Translations under genes and position numbers: made by a program
The notes under the pieces: generated by a model
The model's database searches: none
What the model was told of the DNA's origin: nothing
Seen by the model: the letters and a program-made list of their open reading frames with translations, nothing else
Part shown: positions 18,385 to 28,284 of the stretch, one piece after another
Layout of the letters: every line of letters begins with the position of its first letter
Position numbering within the stretch: position 1 is the first letter of the stretch
IMG/VR virus record: IMGVR_UViG_2856626968_000003
Span: 29,725-93,724 of that record
Origin: a virus
Taxonomy: Duplodnaviria; Caudoviricetes
Reading direction: 5' to 3' (one strand)
Length of the DNA: 64,000 nucleotides

Positions 18385-20091
18385 GTGGGGATCGCCTCCC
18401 GCCTGCAGGAAGCGTGGTATCGGTTCACAGGCAGAACCGAACTCGCCGAGGTCAAGCGCGCCTACCGGCTCAGCGTCCAGCACCTGGAAGAGTCCGTCGC
18501 CGGGCTCGAGGCCCGGATGTACGAGCCGGGCTGGCAGCTCATGACGGCCCAGGCCGAGCAGGAATTCACGCGCGAAGGCCTCCGGCAGATCACCTCGGTC
18601 AACCGCGTCATGGCCCTGAAGAATCCCCTGATCAAAAGGGGTATCGCGCTGCGCACCGCGTACGTGTGGGGCCAGGGCCTCCAGGTCACCGCGCGCTCGG
18701 CCGGCCAGAAGAGCGGGCCACGGCGCCGCGGCCAGCAGGACGTCAACGCCGTCGTCCAGGCATTCATGGATGACGAGGGCAACCGGCGCGCGCTGTTCTC
18801 CCAGCAGGCCCACGAGGACCTCGAGCGGGCACTGGGCACCGACGGCAACCTGTTCATCGCCGCCTTCACCAACCCGCGCACCGGCCGCGTCCAGGCACGC
18901 ATCGTCCCCTGGGACGAGATCACCGAGGTCATCACCAACCCCGACGACGCCTCCGAGCCCTGGTTCTACCGCCGGTGCTGGACGACCCCCCAGGGCGCCA
19001 TGCAGGAGGCCTACTACCCGGCCATGGGGTACTGGCCCAAGGTCCGGCCCCGGGTGATCGGATTCCGGGGGATCGGCGACGGCGCGGTCCTCCCGGTCCG
19101 CTGGGACTCCCCGGTCAAGCACATCTCCGTCAACGGCCCCCTGCACTGGAAGTGGGGGCTCGGCGACGTCTACGCCGCGATCGACTGGGCCAACGCGTAC
19201 CGGGAATTCCTCACCGACTGGTCCCGCCTGATCAAGGCGCTGTCCCGGTTCGCCTGGCGGCTCACCAGCAAGGGCTCCAAGCAGGCCGCCGCCAAGACCA
19301 AGATGGCGACCGCGCCGACCACCGACCCGCTGACCGGCGAGCCGCGCTTCGCCGGCGCCACCGCGTTCATGCCACCCGACATGGCGCTCGAGGCGATCCC
19401 CAAGTCGGGCGCGACGATCGACGCCGAATCGGGGCGGCCGCTCGCGGCGATGACCGCCGCGGCGCTGGACGTCCCGGTGACCATGCTGCTCGGCGACCCC
19501 GGCACGACCGGCGCACGCGCGGTGGCCGAGACCCTCGACCAGCCCACCGAGCTGGCCATGAACATGCGGCGCGAGCTGTGGGCAGACGTCCTGCGGACGA
19601 TCTTCAACTACGTGATCGACGCCGCCGTCAAGGCTCCCGACGGCCCGCTCAAGGGCATCGTCAAGCGCGACCCCGACGACCGGGAGATCATCGAGCTCGC
19701 CGGGAAGACCGACCGCACGATCGACATCACCTGGCCGTCCCTGGACTCGATCGATGCCGCGCAACTCGTCAAGGCGATCGTCGAAGCCGACAGCACGCAG
19801 TACGTGCCGCCGCTGGTCGTAGTCCGGCTGCTGCTGCAGGCGCTCGGTGTCCGCGACGTCGACGAGATCCTGGCCACGTTGATGGACGACCAGGGCAACT
19901 TCGTCCGCCCGGACGGCGCGGGCGGCGGCGCAGGCCAAGCGGCCATGGACGCCTTCCGGCAGGGCCGCGATCCCGCGGCCGCGTTCGGCGGCGGCCGCGA
20001 CAATCCCCCAGACCCGGCCGGCCCGGGCGGCGGGGCGCCCGGTGACGCCGAGCAGGGCAAGCCGGCGGAGAGAGAACGGGTGGCCGCATGA
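18385..20091 (+). CDS. Portal protein
   Basis: Follows terL; 568 aa; NPLIKR, DGNLF, LLGDP...TLD.PT motifs. Confidence 0.85.
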   Translation: MGIASRLQEAWYRFTGRTELAEVKRAYRLSVQHLEESVAGLEARMYEPGWQLMTAQAEQEFTREGLRQITSVNRVMALKNPLIKRGIALRTAYVWGQGLQVTARSAGQKSGPRRRGQQDVNAVVQAFMDDEGNRRALFSQQAHEDLERALGTDGNLFIAAFTNPRTGRVQARIVPWDEITEVITNPDDASEPWFYRRCWTTPQGAMQEAYYPAMGYWPKVRPRVIGFRGIGDGAVLPVRWDSPVKHISVNGPLHWKWGLGDVYAAIDWANAYREFLTDWSRLIKALSRFAWRLTSKGSKQAAAKTKMATAPTTDPLTGEPRFAGATAFMPPDMALEAIPKSGATIDAESGRPLAAMTAAALDVPVTMLLGDPGTTGARAVAETLDQPTELAMNMRRELWADVLRTIFNYVIDAAVKAPDGPLKGIVKRDPDDREIIELAGKTDRTIDITWPSLDSIDAAQLVKAIVEADSTQYVPPLVVVRLLLQALGVRDVDEILATLMDDQGNFVRPDGAGGGAGQAAMDAFRQGRDPAAAFGGGRDNPPDPAGPGGGAPGDAEQGKPAERERVAA

Positions 20092-20306
20092 GCCTGCACC
20101 TGCTCCCCGCGGGCGAGGTCCTCGCCCACACCACCTCCACCTCCTGCCCGTGCCGGCCTCGCCAGACGCTGGTGACCCACGACGGCGCGCGCCGCCAGGC
20201 CGTGGTGCACGGCCACGTCCCCCCGGGCGGAGGCGGCGATGGCGATCACCGAGCGGACCCTGGCCCTGGTCCGGGAGATGCGGGCGAGCCTCGACCGGAT
20301 CGTTGA
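20088..20306 (+). CDS. Small His/Cys protein between portal and MuF
   Basis: ATGA overlap with the portal stop; H...CPCRP...VVH; the 3' part overlaps the MuF start. Confidence 0.4.
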   Translation: MSLHLLPAGEVLAHTTSTSCPCRPRQTLVTHDGARRQAVVHGHVPPGGGGDGDHRADPGPGPGDAGEPRPDR

Positions 20307-21315
20307 CGACCAGACCCGGGCGACCACCAAGGCATGGGTCCGCGCGTGGGACGAGCTCATCCGCGTGTTCAACGAAGCCGCCGACGAGCTCATCGCCGCG
20401 GCGACCGGCGGCCGGTGGCCCTCCCGCCGGCAGGTCGCCCGCTCCCAGCGCGTCGAGCGCGCGCTGGATCTGGCCGCGCGCAGCCTCGGCGAGCTCGCCC
20501 TCAAGGCCTCCAACGACGTCGCCCAGGCCGCCTGGCAGGCCGTGCACCTCGCCGTCGAGGCCACCCTGCCGATCCTGCGCTCCCAGATGCCGGCCAGCCC
20601 CCGCGCGCAAGCGGGCATCCGGTTCGACCGGATCGACGAGGCCGCCGTCGAGGCGATCGTGCGCCGGACCACCCAGCAGATCACCGCGCGGCACCGGCCG
20701 CTGTCGGCCGACGCCACCGAGGCCATGCGCCGCGAGCTGGTCCGCGGCGTCGTCGTCGGCGCCAACCCGCGCGAAGCCGCCCGGCGGATGGTCGACCGGT
20801 GCCAGGGCGCGTTCGCGGGCGGCCTGACCCGCGCGGTGACCATCGCCCGCACCGAGATCATCAGCGCACATCGGGAGGGCGCGCGCGCCGCCCAGGACGC
20901 CAGCTCCTCGACCCTCGCCGGGTGGGTGTGGACAGCGGAGCTCAAAGCGCGCACGTGCGCATCATGCTGGGCTCAGCACGGCCGGGTCCACCCGCTGAAG
21001 GAGCCGGGTCCGCTGGATCATCAGTCCGGCCGGTGCGCCCGCACGCCCAAGACGAAGACCTGGCGCGAGCTCGGCATCGATCTGGACGAGCCGGACGATG
21101 TGATCCCCGACGCCCGCGTGGTCTTCGCCGCGCTGCCGCGAGCGGACCAGTTGAAGATCATGGGCCCTCGTCGGCTGCAACTGCTGGACGCCGGCGAGAT
21201 CACGTGGGATGACATCTCCGAGCGGCGAGAGAACCCGGAGTGGCGGCCGTCCTACCATGTCCGCTCGGTTCGCGATCTGGAGCAGCTCGCGGCTGATCGC
21301 ACCAGTTCGGCATGA
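20239..21315 (+). CDS. MuF-like minor head morphogenesis protein
   Basis: RAVTIARTE, WVW.A.L..RTCASCWAQHG, DH.SGRC. Confidence 0.88.
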   Translation: MAITERTLALVREMRASLDRIVDDQTRATTKAWVRAWDELIRVFNEAADELIAAATGGRWPSRRQVARSQRVERALDLAARSLGELALKASNDVAQAAWQAVHLAVEATLPILRSQMPASPRAQAGIRFDRIDEAAVEAIVRRTTQQITARHRPLSADATEAMRRELVRGVVVGANPREAARRMVDRCQGAFAGGLTRAVTIARTEIISAHREGARAAQDASSSTLAGWVWTAELKARTCASCWAQHGRVHPLKEPGPLDHQSGRCARTPKTKTWRELGIDLDEPDDVIPDARVVFAALPRADQLKIMGPRRLQLLDAGEITWDDISERRENPEWRPSYHVRSVRDLEQLAADRTSSA

Positions 21316-21373
21316 TCTGTGATCGACAAAACACGGGAAACCGGCGATCTACCTGGGATAATAGAGGTAAAGG

Positions 21374-21406
21374 GGCCCTCGCGACGGCTGCAACCGTGCG
21401 AGGGCC
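21374..21406 (+). promoter_or_regulatory. Leader hairpin upstream of the HNH gene
   Basis: GGCCCTCGC/GCGAGGGCC stem with an inner ACGG/CCGT stem, lying between a GATAAT-like -10 and the AGGAGG RBS. Confidence 0.45.
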
Positions 21407-21439
21407 GTGGCGAACACCTAATCCTCAGGAGGTGCTCGC

Positions 21440-22600
21440 GTGCGCGAGCGTACCTGCACGATCGACGGCTGCGTCAAGCCCGTCCTAGCAAAGGGCTGGT
21501 GCACGACCCACTACGGCCGGTGGCGCCGCAACGGCGATCCCGTCGTCTTGAAGCCCCGACACAAGATGGAGTCCTGCTCCATCGACGGCTGCGGCCAGCC
21601 TCACACCGCTCGGGGTTACTGCGTCCTGCACTACGGCAGGTGGAGCAAGTACGGCGATGCCCGTGCTGAACCGCCCACGTCCCTACGCCCCACGATGTGC
21701 ACCGTCGAAGGCTGCGAACAGCCTGTGAGAGGTCACGGCTGGTGTGGCCTGCATTACGCCCGCTGGCGGAACACGGGGGATCCGCTCGGATTAAAGCGGA
21801 AGCAGGCAGGCCCCTGTCGCGCCGATGGGTGCGAGCGACAGGGTAACGGGGGCTACGGCTGGTGCGAGAAGCACTACAGGCGTTTCCAGCGGCACGGCAA
21901 CGCGATGGTCACGAGCCGTATCGTTGGTGATGACGTGGCTCGGTTCTGGTCGTACGTGGACAAAACCGGCCCGATCCCCGATACGCGCCCCGAACTCGGC
22001 CCCTGCTGGTTATGGACGGGCCTCCTTAACTCCGATGGCTATGCGGTCATGGGGATGACGTCCGGGACCCGGTACATGGCCCGTTGGGGCTATCAACAGT
22101 TCGTGGGGCCGATCCCAGAGGGGCACGAGCCGGACCACCTCTGCCGTAACCGCGCGTGCGTGAACTTTGAGCGCCATCTCGAACCGGTAACGCACCACGA
22201 GAACTGGCGGCGTGGTCAAAGCCCACAGGCGATCAACGCCCGCAAGACGCATTGCCCCCAGGGCCATCCGTACGACGAGACGAACACCATGCGGGATGCC
22301 AGACGCGGGCGAGCCTGCCGTATCTGCATGGGCGAATCTGGCAGGCGCCGCGCTGCCTTGAAGAGTCGTGGGATTCCGGCCAATGACCTGACAGACGCTC
22401 AGTGGCGCGAGATCCAGGTGGCCTACCGCTTCCGGTGCGCGTACTGCGGCAGACGTTCCAAGAAGCTGACCAAGGACCATGTGATCGCGCTGTCTAAGGG
22501 CGGCCCGCATACGGCCAGCAACGTCGTCCCCGCCTGTGGTCCGTGTAACTTCGGGAAACAAGACGGCCCCGCACCGGCCTACCAGCCACTGCTCTTGTAG
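21440..22600 (+). CDS. Free-standing HNH homing endonuclease with four Zn-binding repeats and two HNH domains
   Basis: Four C-x4-C...C..HY.R repeats; HNH_3-type CWLWTG...[19 protein letters not shown]; KTHCPQGH; second HNH CAYCG...[10 protein letters not shown]....[10 protein letters not shown]. Confidence 0.9.
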   Translation: MRERTCTIDGCVKPVLAKGWCTTHYGRWRRNGDPVVLKPRHKMESCSIDGCGQPHTARGYCVLHYGRWSKYGDARAEPPTSLRPTMCTVEGCEQPVRGHGWCGLHYARWRNTGDPLGLKRKQAGPCRADGCERQGNGGYGWCEKHYRRFQRHGNAMVTSRIVGDDVARFWSYVDKTGPIPDTRPELGPCWLWTGLLNSDGYAVMGMTSGTRYMARWGYQQFVGPIPEGHEPDHLCRNRACVNFERHLEPVTHHENWRRGQSPQAINARKTHCPQGHPYDETNTMRDARRGRACRICMGESGRRRAALKSRGIPANDLTDAQWREIQVAYRFRCAYCGRRSKKLTKDHVIALSKGGPHTASNVVPACGPCNFGKQDGPAPAYQPLLL

Positions 22601-22638
22601 GCACACCGAACCATCTCGCGTCTAGCAACTCACCGTCC

Positions 22639-22764
22639 CCGGCCCGGCTCCGGATGCTCGAGGACGGCGAGATCGCCTGGGAGGAGCTCTCCACCCGCCG
22701 GTCAACCGGCGGGTGGAGAGACTGCTACCACGTCACCCCGCTGGCCGCGTTGGCCAAGCGCTGA
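22639..22764 (+). pseudogene. Orphan, displaced MuF C-terminus
   Basis: PARLRMLEDGEIAWEELSTRRSTGGWRDCYHVTPLAALAKR* aligns with the MuF end PRRLQLLDAGEITWDDISERRENPEWRPSYHVRSV; no start codon or RBS of its own is evident. Confidence 0.8.
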
Positions 22765-23040
22765 TCAGTTGGGCAGGGGAACGGCCACGTACGTGTCCTG
22801 CCCCTCCCACCGCAGCCGCAGCTCGCCCGGCATGTCGTTCTGCGCCGACGGGACCAGCATGAACGTGATCGAGGCGTTCGTCTCGATCACCGCCTTCTCG
22901 GGCAGGCCGCGGGTCGGGATGCCCTCGAAAGGCACGGTGTCCGCTGTCACCTCCTGCGCGGTGACCGTACCGACGTTTCTCAGGACGTACTGCTGTCCGC
23001 GACCACGCGAGATACGCCAAGCGATCTTGCTGGTGTCCAT
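22765..23040 (-). CDS. Moron: small beta-rich protein homologous to the C-terminal domain of 51559-52086
   Basis: GGAGG RBS; IAWR...LRNVG..TA..V motif shared with the other gene. Confidence 0.6.
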   Translation of the reverse strand: MDTSKIAWRISRGRGQQYVLRNVGTVTAQEVTADTVPFEGIPTRGLPEKAVIETNASITFMLVPSAQNDMPGELRLRWEGQDTYVAVPLPN

Positions 23041-23378
23041 GATCCCTACCTCCAGGGGTCGATGACGGGTCGTGTTGCGCCCCTTCGCGCGATGTCCGGA
23101 TCATCGCGGTCGAGGTAGCAACGCGGCGGACTCTATAGATTTCCGCGCTTAGTGTCCCCGCCCGCCGATCTGACCGGGCCGCCCCGAGCTGAGGGCCTCC
23201 GGGGGCGCGCTTGACCTGCTGAAACTGCCCGGGGTGCCCTGCTCGCCGCCGCCGATGGCGTGCCCCGGCGCTCCGAAGAGCCGAACCGTGACGCTTGCCT
23301 GTCTCGGGTCCGCGCGCGTTCGGCTCACCGGGATCCCGCTGGTCCGCTCCTGAGCTGTCCGCGCCCGGAGGTGACCTC

Positions 23379-24152
23379 ATGTCCGATCGGCGCCTCTTGG
23401 CCGCGGCCGCCAGCGCACACCCACGCCCCGAGTATCCGCTGATCCTGGAGCACCTTCCCGGCCGCCATGACCAGAAGACCCATGGAAGGTCTGGTCGCGG
23501 CAACAGGCCGGAGTCGAAGGGAGACTCCAGCGCGGCGGAGCGCACGGCTGCGCCACCCCGCCGCGGATCGGCGTCCAGCGGCGGCTCCAAGGCGGGGGCC
23601 CGGGCCGCGCGTGCGGCGCCCGTGAAGGACAAGCGGTGGCTCGACGCCCACTACGGCGAATGGCGCAACAGCCTGTCGCCGACGCAGGACAAGGCGATGC
23701 GCTTCTACCAGTCTCCCGGGTTCGCCCTGGTGAACGGACAGCTCAGAGGTCTGAAGAAGGGCGAGATCAAGGCCGACGTCTCCTTCACCGACGCCGATCT
23801 CGAACGGGCACGGAAAGCCTCCACCGCGCTGAAGTCAGCGATCAAGAAGGCGCCGCCGCTGGTCGAGCCGATGACGGTGTATCGGGGGTTCGGCGCCAAC
23901 CAGTTCGGCGACCTCGAGCCGGGCCAGGTGCTGTCGGACAAGGGCTTCGTGAGCACGAGCATCACCCCCGACGTCGGCGCCGTCGGCAAGGCCACCAAGC
24001 AGGCGACAGCCGAGATCACGCTGCCCGAGGGGACCAAGGCCGCCGCTGGGTCCGCGCGGGAGCTGGTGCTGCCGCCCGGCAGCAAGTTCCGCGTCCTCGA
24101 CGTCTCCGACCGCAGCGGCGTCCCTCATGTCCGGATGGAGCTGATCTTGTGA
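23379..24152 (+). CDS. ADP-ribosyltransferase (VIP2/C3-like R-S-E clade) with an N-terminal HLPGRHDQKTHG motif
   Basis: Y....FALVNGQLR, VYRG, DKGFVSTS, ARELVLPPGSKFRV; GGAGG RBS. Confidence 0.85.
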   Translation: MSDRRLLAAAASAHPRPEYPLILEHLPGRHDQKTHGRSGRGNRPESKGDSSAAERTAAPPRRGSASSGGSKAGARAARAAPVKDKRWLDAHYGEWRNSLSPTQDKAMRFYQSPGFALVNGQLRGLKKGEIKADVSFTDADLERARKASTALKSAIKKAPPLVEPMTVYRGFGANQFGDLEPGQVLSDKGFVSTSITPDVGAVGKATKQATAEITLPEGTKAAAGSARELVLPPGSKFRVLDVSDRSGVPHVRMELIL

Positions 24153-27100
24153 GTGACAGATTCGTCTGGCAGGCGGACGAACTTCTCCCCGCCGGCGGGG
24201 AGAAGGTGAACGAAGCCGGGTCGCAGGCGCTCGGCCGCCAGCTGCTGACGGAGGCCACGGCCAGCCTCGGTGAGATCCGGGAGAGCCAGGCCGCCAAGGG
24301 CCGGTTCCGGGCCGTGCTCATCCGCGAGGGCTGGGGAAGCTCCGGGTACTACAGCGCGGCCCTGCTCAAGCGGGACGGGCCCCGGGTATGGGGCGCCGGC
24401 ACGCAGATGTTTCTAGATCACCCCTCGCTCACCGAGGCCGAGGACCGGCCCGAGCGGTCGGTGCGCGACCTGGCCTCGGTCACCGTGACCGACCCCGTGT
24501 GGGACGAGCGCCTCAAGGGCCTGGTGGCCGAAGTCCAGGTCTTCCCCCAGTGGCGTGATTTGCTGAACGAAGAGTTCGCACGCTCGATCGGTCTGTCGAT
24601 CCGGGCCACGGGCACGGTCGAGTACGGCGAGGCCGAAGGCCGCCAGGGGCCCCTGGTGACGACCCTGGAAGAGGGCCTCGCGGTCGACTGGGTGACCAAG
24701 GCCGGGGCCGGCGGCCGGGTGCTGGAGCTGATCGAGTCGGCGCGCGGCGCGCTCACCGAGGGCCGCCACTCGGCGCCGAACTGGGATGAGGACAAGCATC
24801 CGCGGGCGTCCGACGGGCGGTTCGGGCACACGGCGGGCGACCACTCCGGTGGAGGCGACTCCGGCGGTGGGCACGCGCGTGGTGGCTCCTCCGGGGGGAG
24901 CGCCGGAGGGCATCAGGGGTCCAGAAGCGGGACGAGCAGTTCGGGCTCCACGGGGGGCCGCTCAAGCGGCGATGGTTCGTCGACCGACAGCAGGACCAGC
25001 GACCGCAAGACCGGGACACGCACCTCTGAGATCAAGGCCAAGGGCGGCCGAGTCAAGGTCGCCTACAACGAAGAGGACGGCAGTGCCACTGTTGACCTTG
25101 CAGGGTCTACAGCGCACTTCGATAACGCGGAATTCCGTTCATTCGCCCAGTCGATTGGGGCGCTCGAATACACCCCGCACGTTCCGAACTCTGACAACAG
25201 ATTCCCGGTGGGCACCGACCGGCCCATATTGCCGTTCGGCATGGGGGATCAGCCTCCGCTGGGCATGGTGACACGGACCAGTAAGACGGGTTTCGAGGTC
25301 CGCCTCCGCCCTCGCCCCAGCGCATCTGCCGATGAGTACTCCTCGCAGCCTCGTTTCTCCCTGGACAGCAAAGAGGCGACGGACATCGCCGCCGCCTTGA
25401 GTAAGCCGGAGAAAGACATTGAAGCGGAGAGGAAGCAGGCTGCTGCTGCCAAGCGGGCTGAGAACATTCGCGCGGGGCGCACCGATCCAGAAGCTGCCAA
25501 GCGCCGCGCTACTGGAAAGCAGCCCTCGGTCGGCGACTCCGACGAGCACAGCATGCCCCACACGATCGCCTCCCGGGCATTCAAATCTCCCGGAGGGAAA
25601 ATCACCGTCCACCGCGAGGAGGGCGACGATTACACCCATGTCTCCGCCGAGGGCGGGCGCTCCGTCGCTTTCACCGCCGATGAGTTACGGGCGCTGAACG
25701 TAGCTGTCGGTACCGAGGAAGACGATAGCGAAGGTGGTGTCCTCGTCGACGAGCGCGGATTCCTCTTCGGCCGCGTCACCCCGGCAGGACGGAATCGCTA
25801 CAACGTCGAAATTGACGGACAACCGGCGTTCACGCTGAGTGGCGGTGATGCTGAGCGTATCGACGACAACGCCCATCTTCTGTCCCAGGCGAGGCGGTTC
25901 GACACTACCGCCGGGAAGATCGACCTCTACCCGGTGGGAGACAACAAAGTCGGCGTCCGGCACTTAGGCAATGACGGCCGTCCTGTCGAGAAGGTCTTCA
26001 ACGAACGCTCACAGCGCAACATCGCTCACGGGCTGAATGCCCTCAACGAGGGCTTCGACGATGAGGATCCTGACCCGAACGCCCCAATGGAGGGTCTCAC
26101 CCGGACCGTCGCCAAGACGAACAACGGCGACGTCGAGCTTGAGCTCAAGGGCCCCTGGGGCGAGAAGGACAGCCGCCTGTGGATGCTCCCTACCAAGGGC
26201 GATGACTGGGGCCTGGTCATCGACGGACCGCTCATGGACGACTTCGTGAGGTCTTGGAGTTCTGTGGTCAACGAGGCTCACATGATGCCTCGCCGTGCCG
26301 GGCTCGCGTCCCTGCAGGAGGGGGTCTCCGACAAAGCGTGGTCGGAGTTCTCACAGGCGGACTACACGATCGAGCAGTGGCGCAAGGCGTGCCTGATCGG
26401 CCCCGGCGAAGCCTCTGACAGCAAGGGCGACTATTCGCTGCCGGTCCGGGAGCCGGACGGCACGCTGAACCGGGCGGCCGCCCACGCGGCGGCCGGGCGG
26501 ATCGGCCAGGTCAAGACCTCCCCGGAGGCTAAGAAGACCGCCGCGAAGAAGCTGGTCTCCCTGTACAAGGAGCTGGAGGAGGACCCGCCCGAGTCCCTGG
26601 CCACCCTGGCCGGCGACGAGAGTGATGGGGACGGCGGGAAGCCGGCGTTCCTGAAGGCCAAGGAAGCAGCGTCCGGGGCGACCATCGGCGCCTACCTGGA
26701 ATCCCAGCTGCACCTGGCGTTCACCCAGCTCACCGACGGGATGTACGGGGATGGCCGTCTCACCCGGGACGAGCGCATCGCCCTGTCGTCCGCGATCGGC
26801 GATGCGCTGAAGGCGTTCACCGCTCGGGTGGAGGCCGACGCCCCGCAGGTGTTCAAGCGCGGCCGGTACGACCCGCCCAGCGACGTCGCCGCCACCGCCA
26901 TGTCCGAGGCCGACGGCATGACCGCCGGTGACCTCGCCCAGGCCCTCACCAAGGCCGTGAAGTCCGCCTACGGCGGCAAGGACATCTGGGTCTGGGTGCG
27001 CGACAACACCGACGAGTGGGTCGTGTTCTCCGTCGAGCCCGAGGGCAGCGATTCCGGGCTGTACCAGCAGACCTACACCGTCGACCCCGCAGCCCACGCA

Positions 27101-27811
27101 GTCACGCTCACCGGCGACCCGACCGAGGTGACCGCCACGACGACCTACACGGCCGTCCCCAACCCCACCGCGCCGCCGCCCAAGGCGGTCGTGGAAACCG
27201 CTCCGGGCACCGAGCCCACCCCCACCAAGAAGATCAAGGAGAGCGAGATGCCCGAGCTCACCGATGAGCAGGCGCAGCAGCTGGCCGAAGCCGCCACTCT
27301 GAGCACCAAGCTGGAAGAGGCCATGGGCCTGCTCGGCACGGCCACCACCCAGATCCAGTCCCTGAACGGGCAGGTCCAGTCCCTCACCGAGCGGGCCGAC
27401 GCCGCGGACGCGCGCGCGGACGCCTCCGACGCCGAGGCCCGGCGGCTGCGGAACGACAAGGCGGCGCGCGCTGCGGTGGCCGAGGCGCTGAAGGAGAGCA
27501 CGCTGCCGGCGCGGTCCCACGCCCGGGTCACTGAGGCGGTGTGCCGCACCCTTCCCACGCTCGAGGGCGGCGAGCTGGACACTGCGGCGCTGGCCGAGTC
27601 CATCACCGCGGCGACCGACGCCGAAGGCAGCTACGCGGCGGGGCTGCTGGAGGACAGCGGCGCCGGCCGGGTCTGGGGCCTGGGCGAGTCCCGCGAGCCC
27701 GAGCCTGTCTCGCAGATCGCCCCGGCGCAGCTCGACAAGCTGACGGCGCTCTACGAGGCGCGCGGCCTGACCCCCGAAGCGGCCCGCCTCGCAGCGGCCG
27801 GCCGCCCCTGA
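24149..27811 (+). CDS. Prohead protease / cargo / scaffold polyprotein (~1,220 aa)
   Basis: Protease motifs MFLDHP, IGLSI, VDWVTKAGAGG; C-terminal coiled-coil scaffold; GTGA overlap with the ART gene; alternative GTG start at 24206. Confidence 0.85.
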   Translation: MSDRFVWQADELLPAGGEKVNEAGSQALGRQLLTEATASLGEIRESQAAKGRFRAVLIREGWGSSGYYSAALLKRDGPRVWGAGTQMFLDHPSLTEAEDRPERSVRDLASVTVTDPVWDERLKGLVAEVQVFPQWRDLLNEEFARSIGLSIRATGTVEYGEAEGRQGPLVTTLEEGLAVDWVTKAGAGGRVLELIESARGALTEGRHSAPNWDEDKHPRASDGRFGHTAGDHSGGGDSGGGHARGGSSGGSAGGHQGSRSGTSSSGSTGGRSSGDGSSTDSRTSDRKTGTRTSEIKAKGGRVKVAYNEEDGSATVDLAGSTAHFDNAEFRSFAQSIGALEYTPHVPNSDNRFPVGTDRPILPFGMGDQPPLGMVTRTSKTGFEVRLRPRPSASADEYSSQPRFSLDSKEATDIAAALSKPEKDIEAERKQAAAAKRAENIRAGRTDPEAAKRRATGKQPSVGDSDEHSMPHTIASRAFKSPGGKITVHREEGDDYTHVSAEGGRSVAFTADELRALNVAVGTEEDDSEGGVLVDERGFLFGRVTPAGRNRYNVEIDGQPAFTLSGGDAERIDDNAHLLSQARRFDTTAGKIDLYPVGDNKVGVRHLGNDGRPVEKVFNERSQRNIAHGLNALNEGFDDEDPDPNAPMEGLTRTVAKTNNGDVELELKGPWGEKDSRLWMLPTKGDDWGLVIDGPLMDDFVRSWSSVVNEAHMMPRRAGLASLQEGVSDKAWSEFSQADYTIEQWRKACLIGPGEASDSKGDYSLPVREPDGTLNRAAAHAAAGRIGQVKTSPEAKKTAAKKLVSLYKELEEDPPESLATLAGDESDGDGGKPAFLKAKEAASGATIGAYLESQLHLAFTQLTDGMYGDGRLTRDERIALSSAIGDALKAFTARVEADAPQVFKRGRYDPPSDVAATAMSEADGMTAGDLAQALTKAVKSAYGGKDIWVWVRDNTDEWVVFSVEPEGSDSGLYQQTYTVDPAAHAVTLTGDPTEVTATTTYTAVPNPTAPPPKAVVETAPGTEPTPTKKIKESEMPELTDEQAQQLAEAATLSTKLEEAMGLLGTATTQIQSLNGQVQSLTERADAADARADASDAEARRLRNDKAARAAVAEALKESTLPARSHARVTEAVCRTLPTLEGGELDTAALAESITAATDAEGSYAAGLLEDSGAGRVWGLGESREPEPVSQIAPAQLDKLTALYEARGLTPEAARLAAAGRP

Positions 27812-27833
27812 GCTCTGAAAGGAAACCACCTCG

Positions 27834-28178
27834 ATGGCGACCAACATTCTGTTCGAGCAGGGCGACCAGCTCGATGTCGTCTGCTCCGCGCCGGCCACCC
27901 CCGAGTCCGGCCAGCCGGTCCTGGTGGGCCAGCTCCCCGGCGTCGCGCTCACCGACGAGCGCGCGGACGGCAAGACCACGGTCAAGTTCAACGGGGTCGC
28001 CGAGCTCGACGTCAAGGGCGAGACGACCACCAACGCCGCCGTCAGCGCCGGCGACATCCTCTACTACGACTCGGGTGTGATCAACCGCGACAGCACCAAC
28101 GGCGTGCGGTTCGGCTACGCCCTGGCCCCTGTCAACAGCGGCGCCACCAACAAGATCCCCGTGAAGATCGGCTATTGA
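27834..28178 (+). CDS. Head decoration / capsid cement protein (DUF2190-like)
   Basis: SGQPVLVGQL.GVA.TD...GV..L...GD.LY; lies between scaffold and capsid genes. Confidence 0.8.
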   Translation: MATNILFEQGDQLDVVCSAPATPESGQPVLVGQLPGVALTDERADGKTTVKFNGVAELDVKGETTTNAAVSAGDILYYDSGVINRDSTNGVRFGYALAPVNSGATNKIPVKIGY

Positions 28179-28284
28179 CCTCGCCGTTGATCAGCTAAGG
28201 CTGAGCACATTTCGGATTATCGCGCTGCATCAAGCGCATTTCCTACCCGCCTGAGGCGGGGTTCTCCACGTTCAAGGAGATTTG

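Noticed and set aside
23636-24148. N-terminal extension of the 1391-aa ORF
   Set aside because: It overlaps the ART gene in another frame and is Arg/Gly-rich noise; the GTG at 24149 or 24206 is the more plausible start
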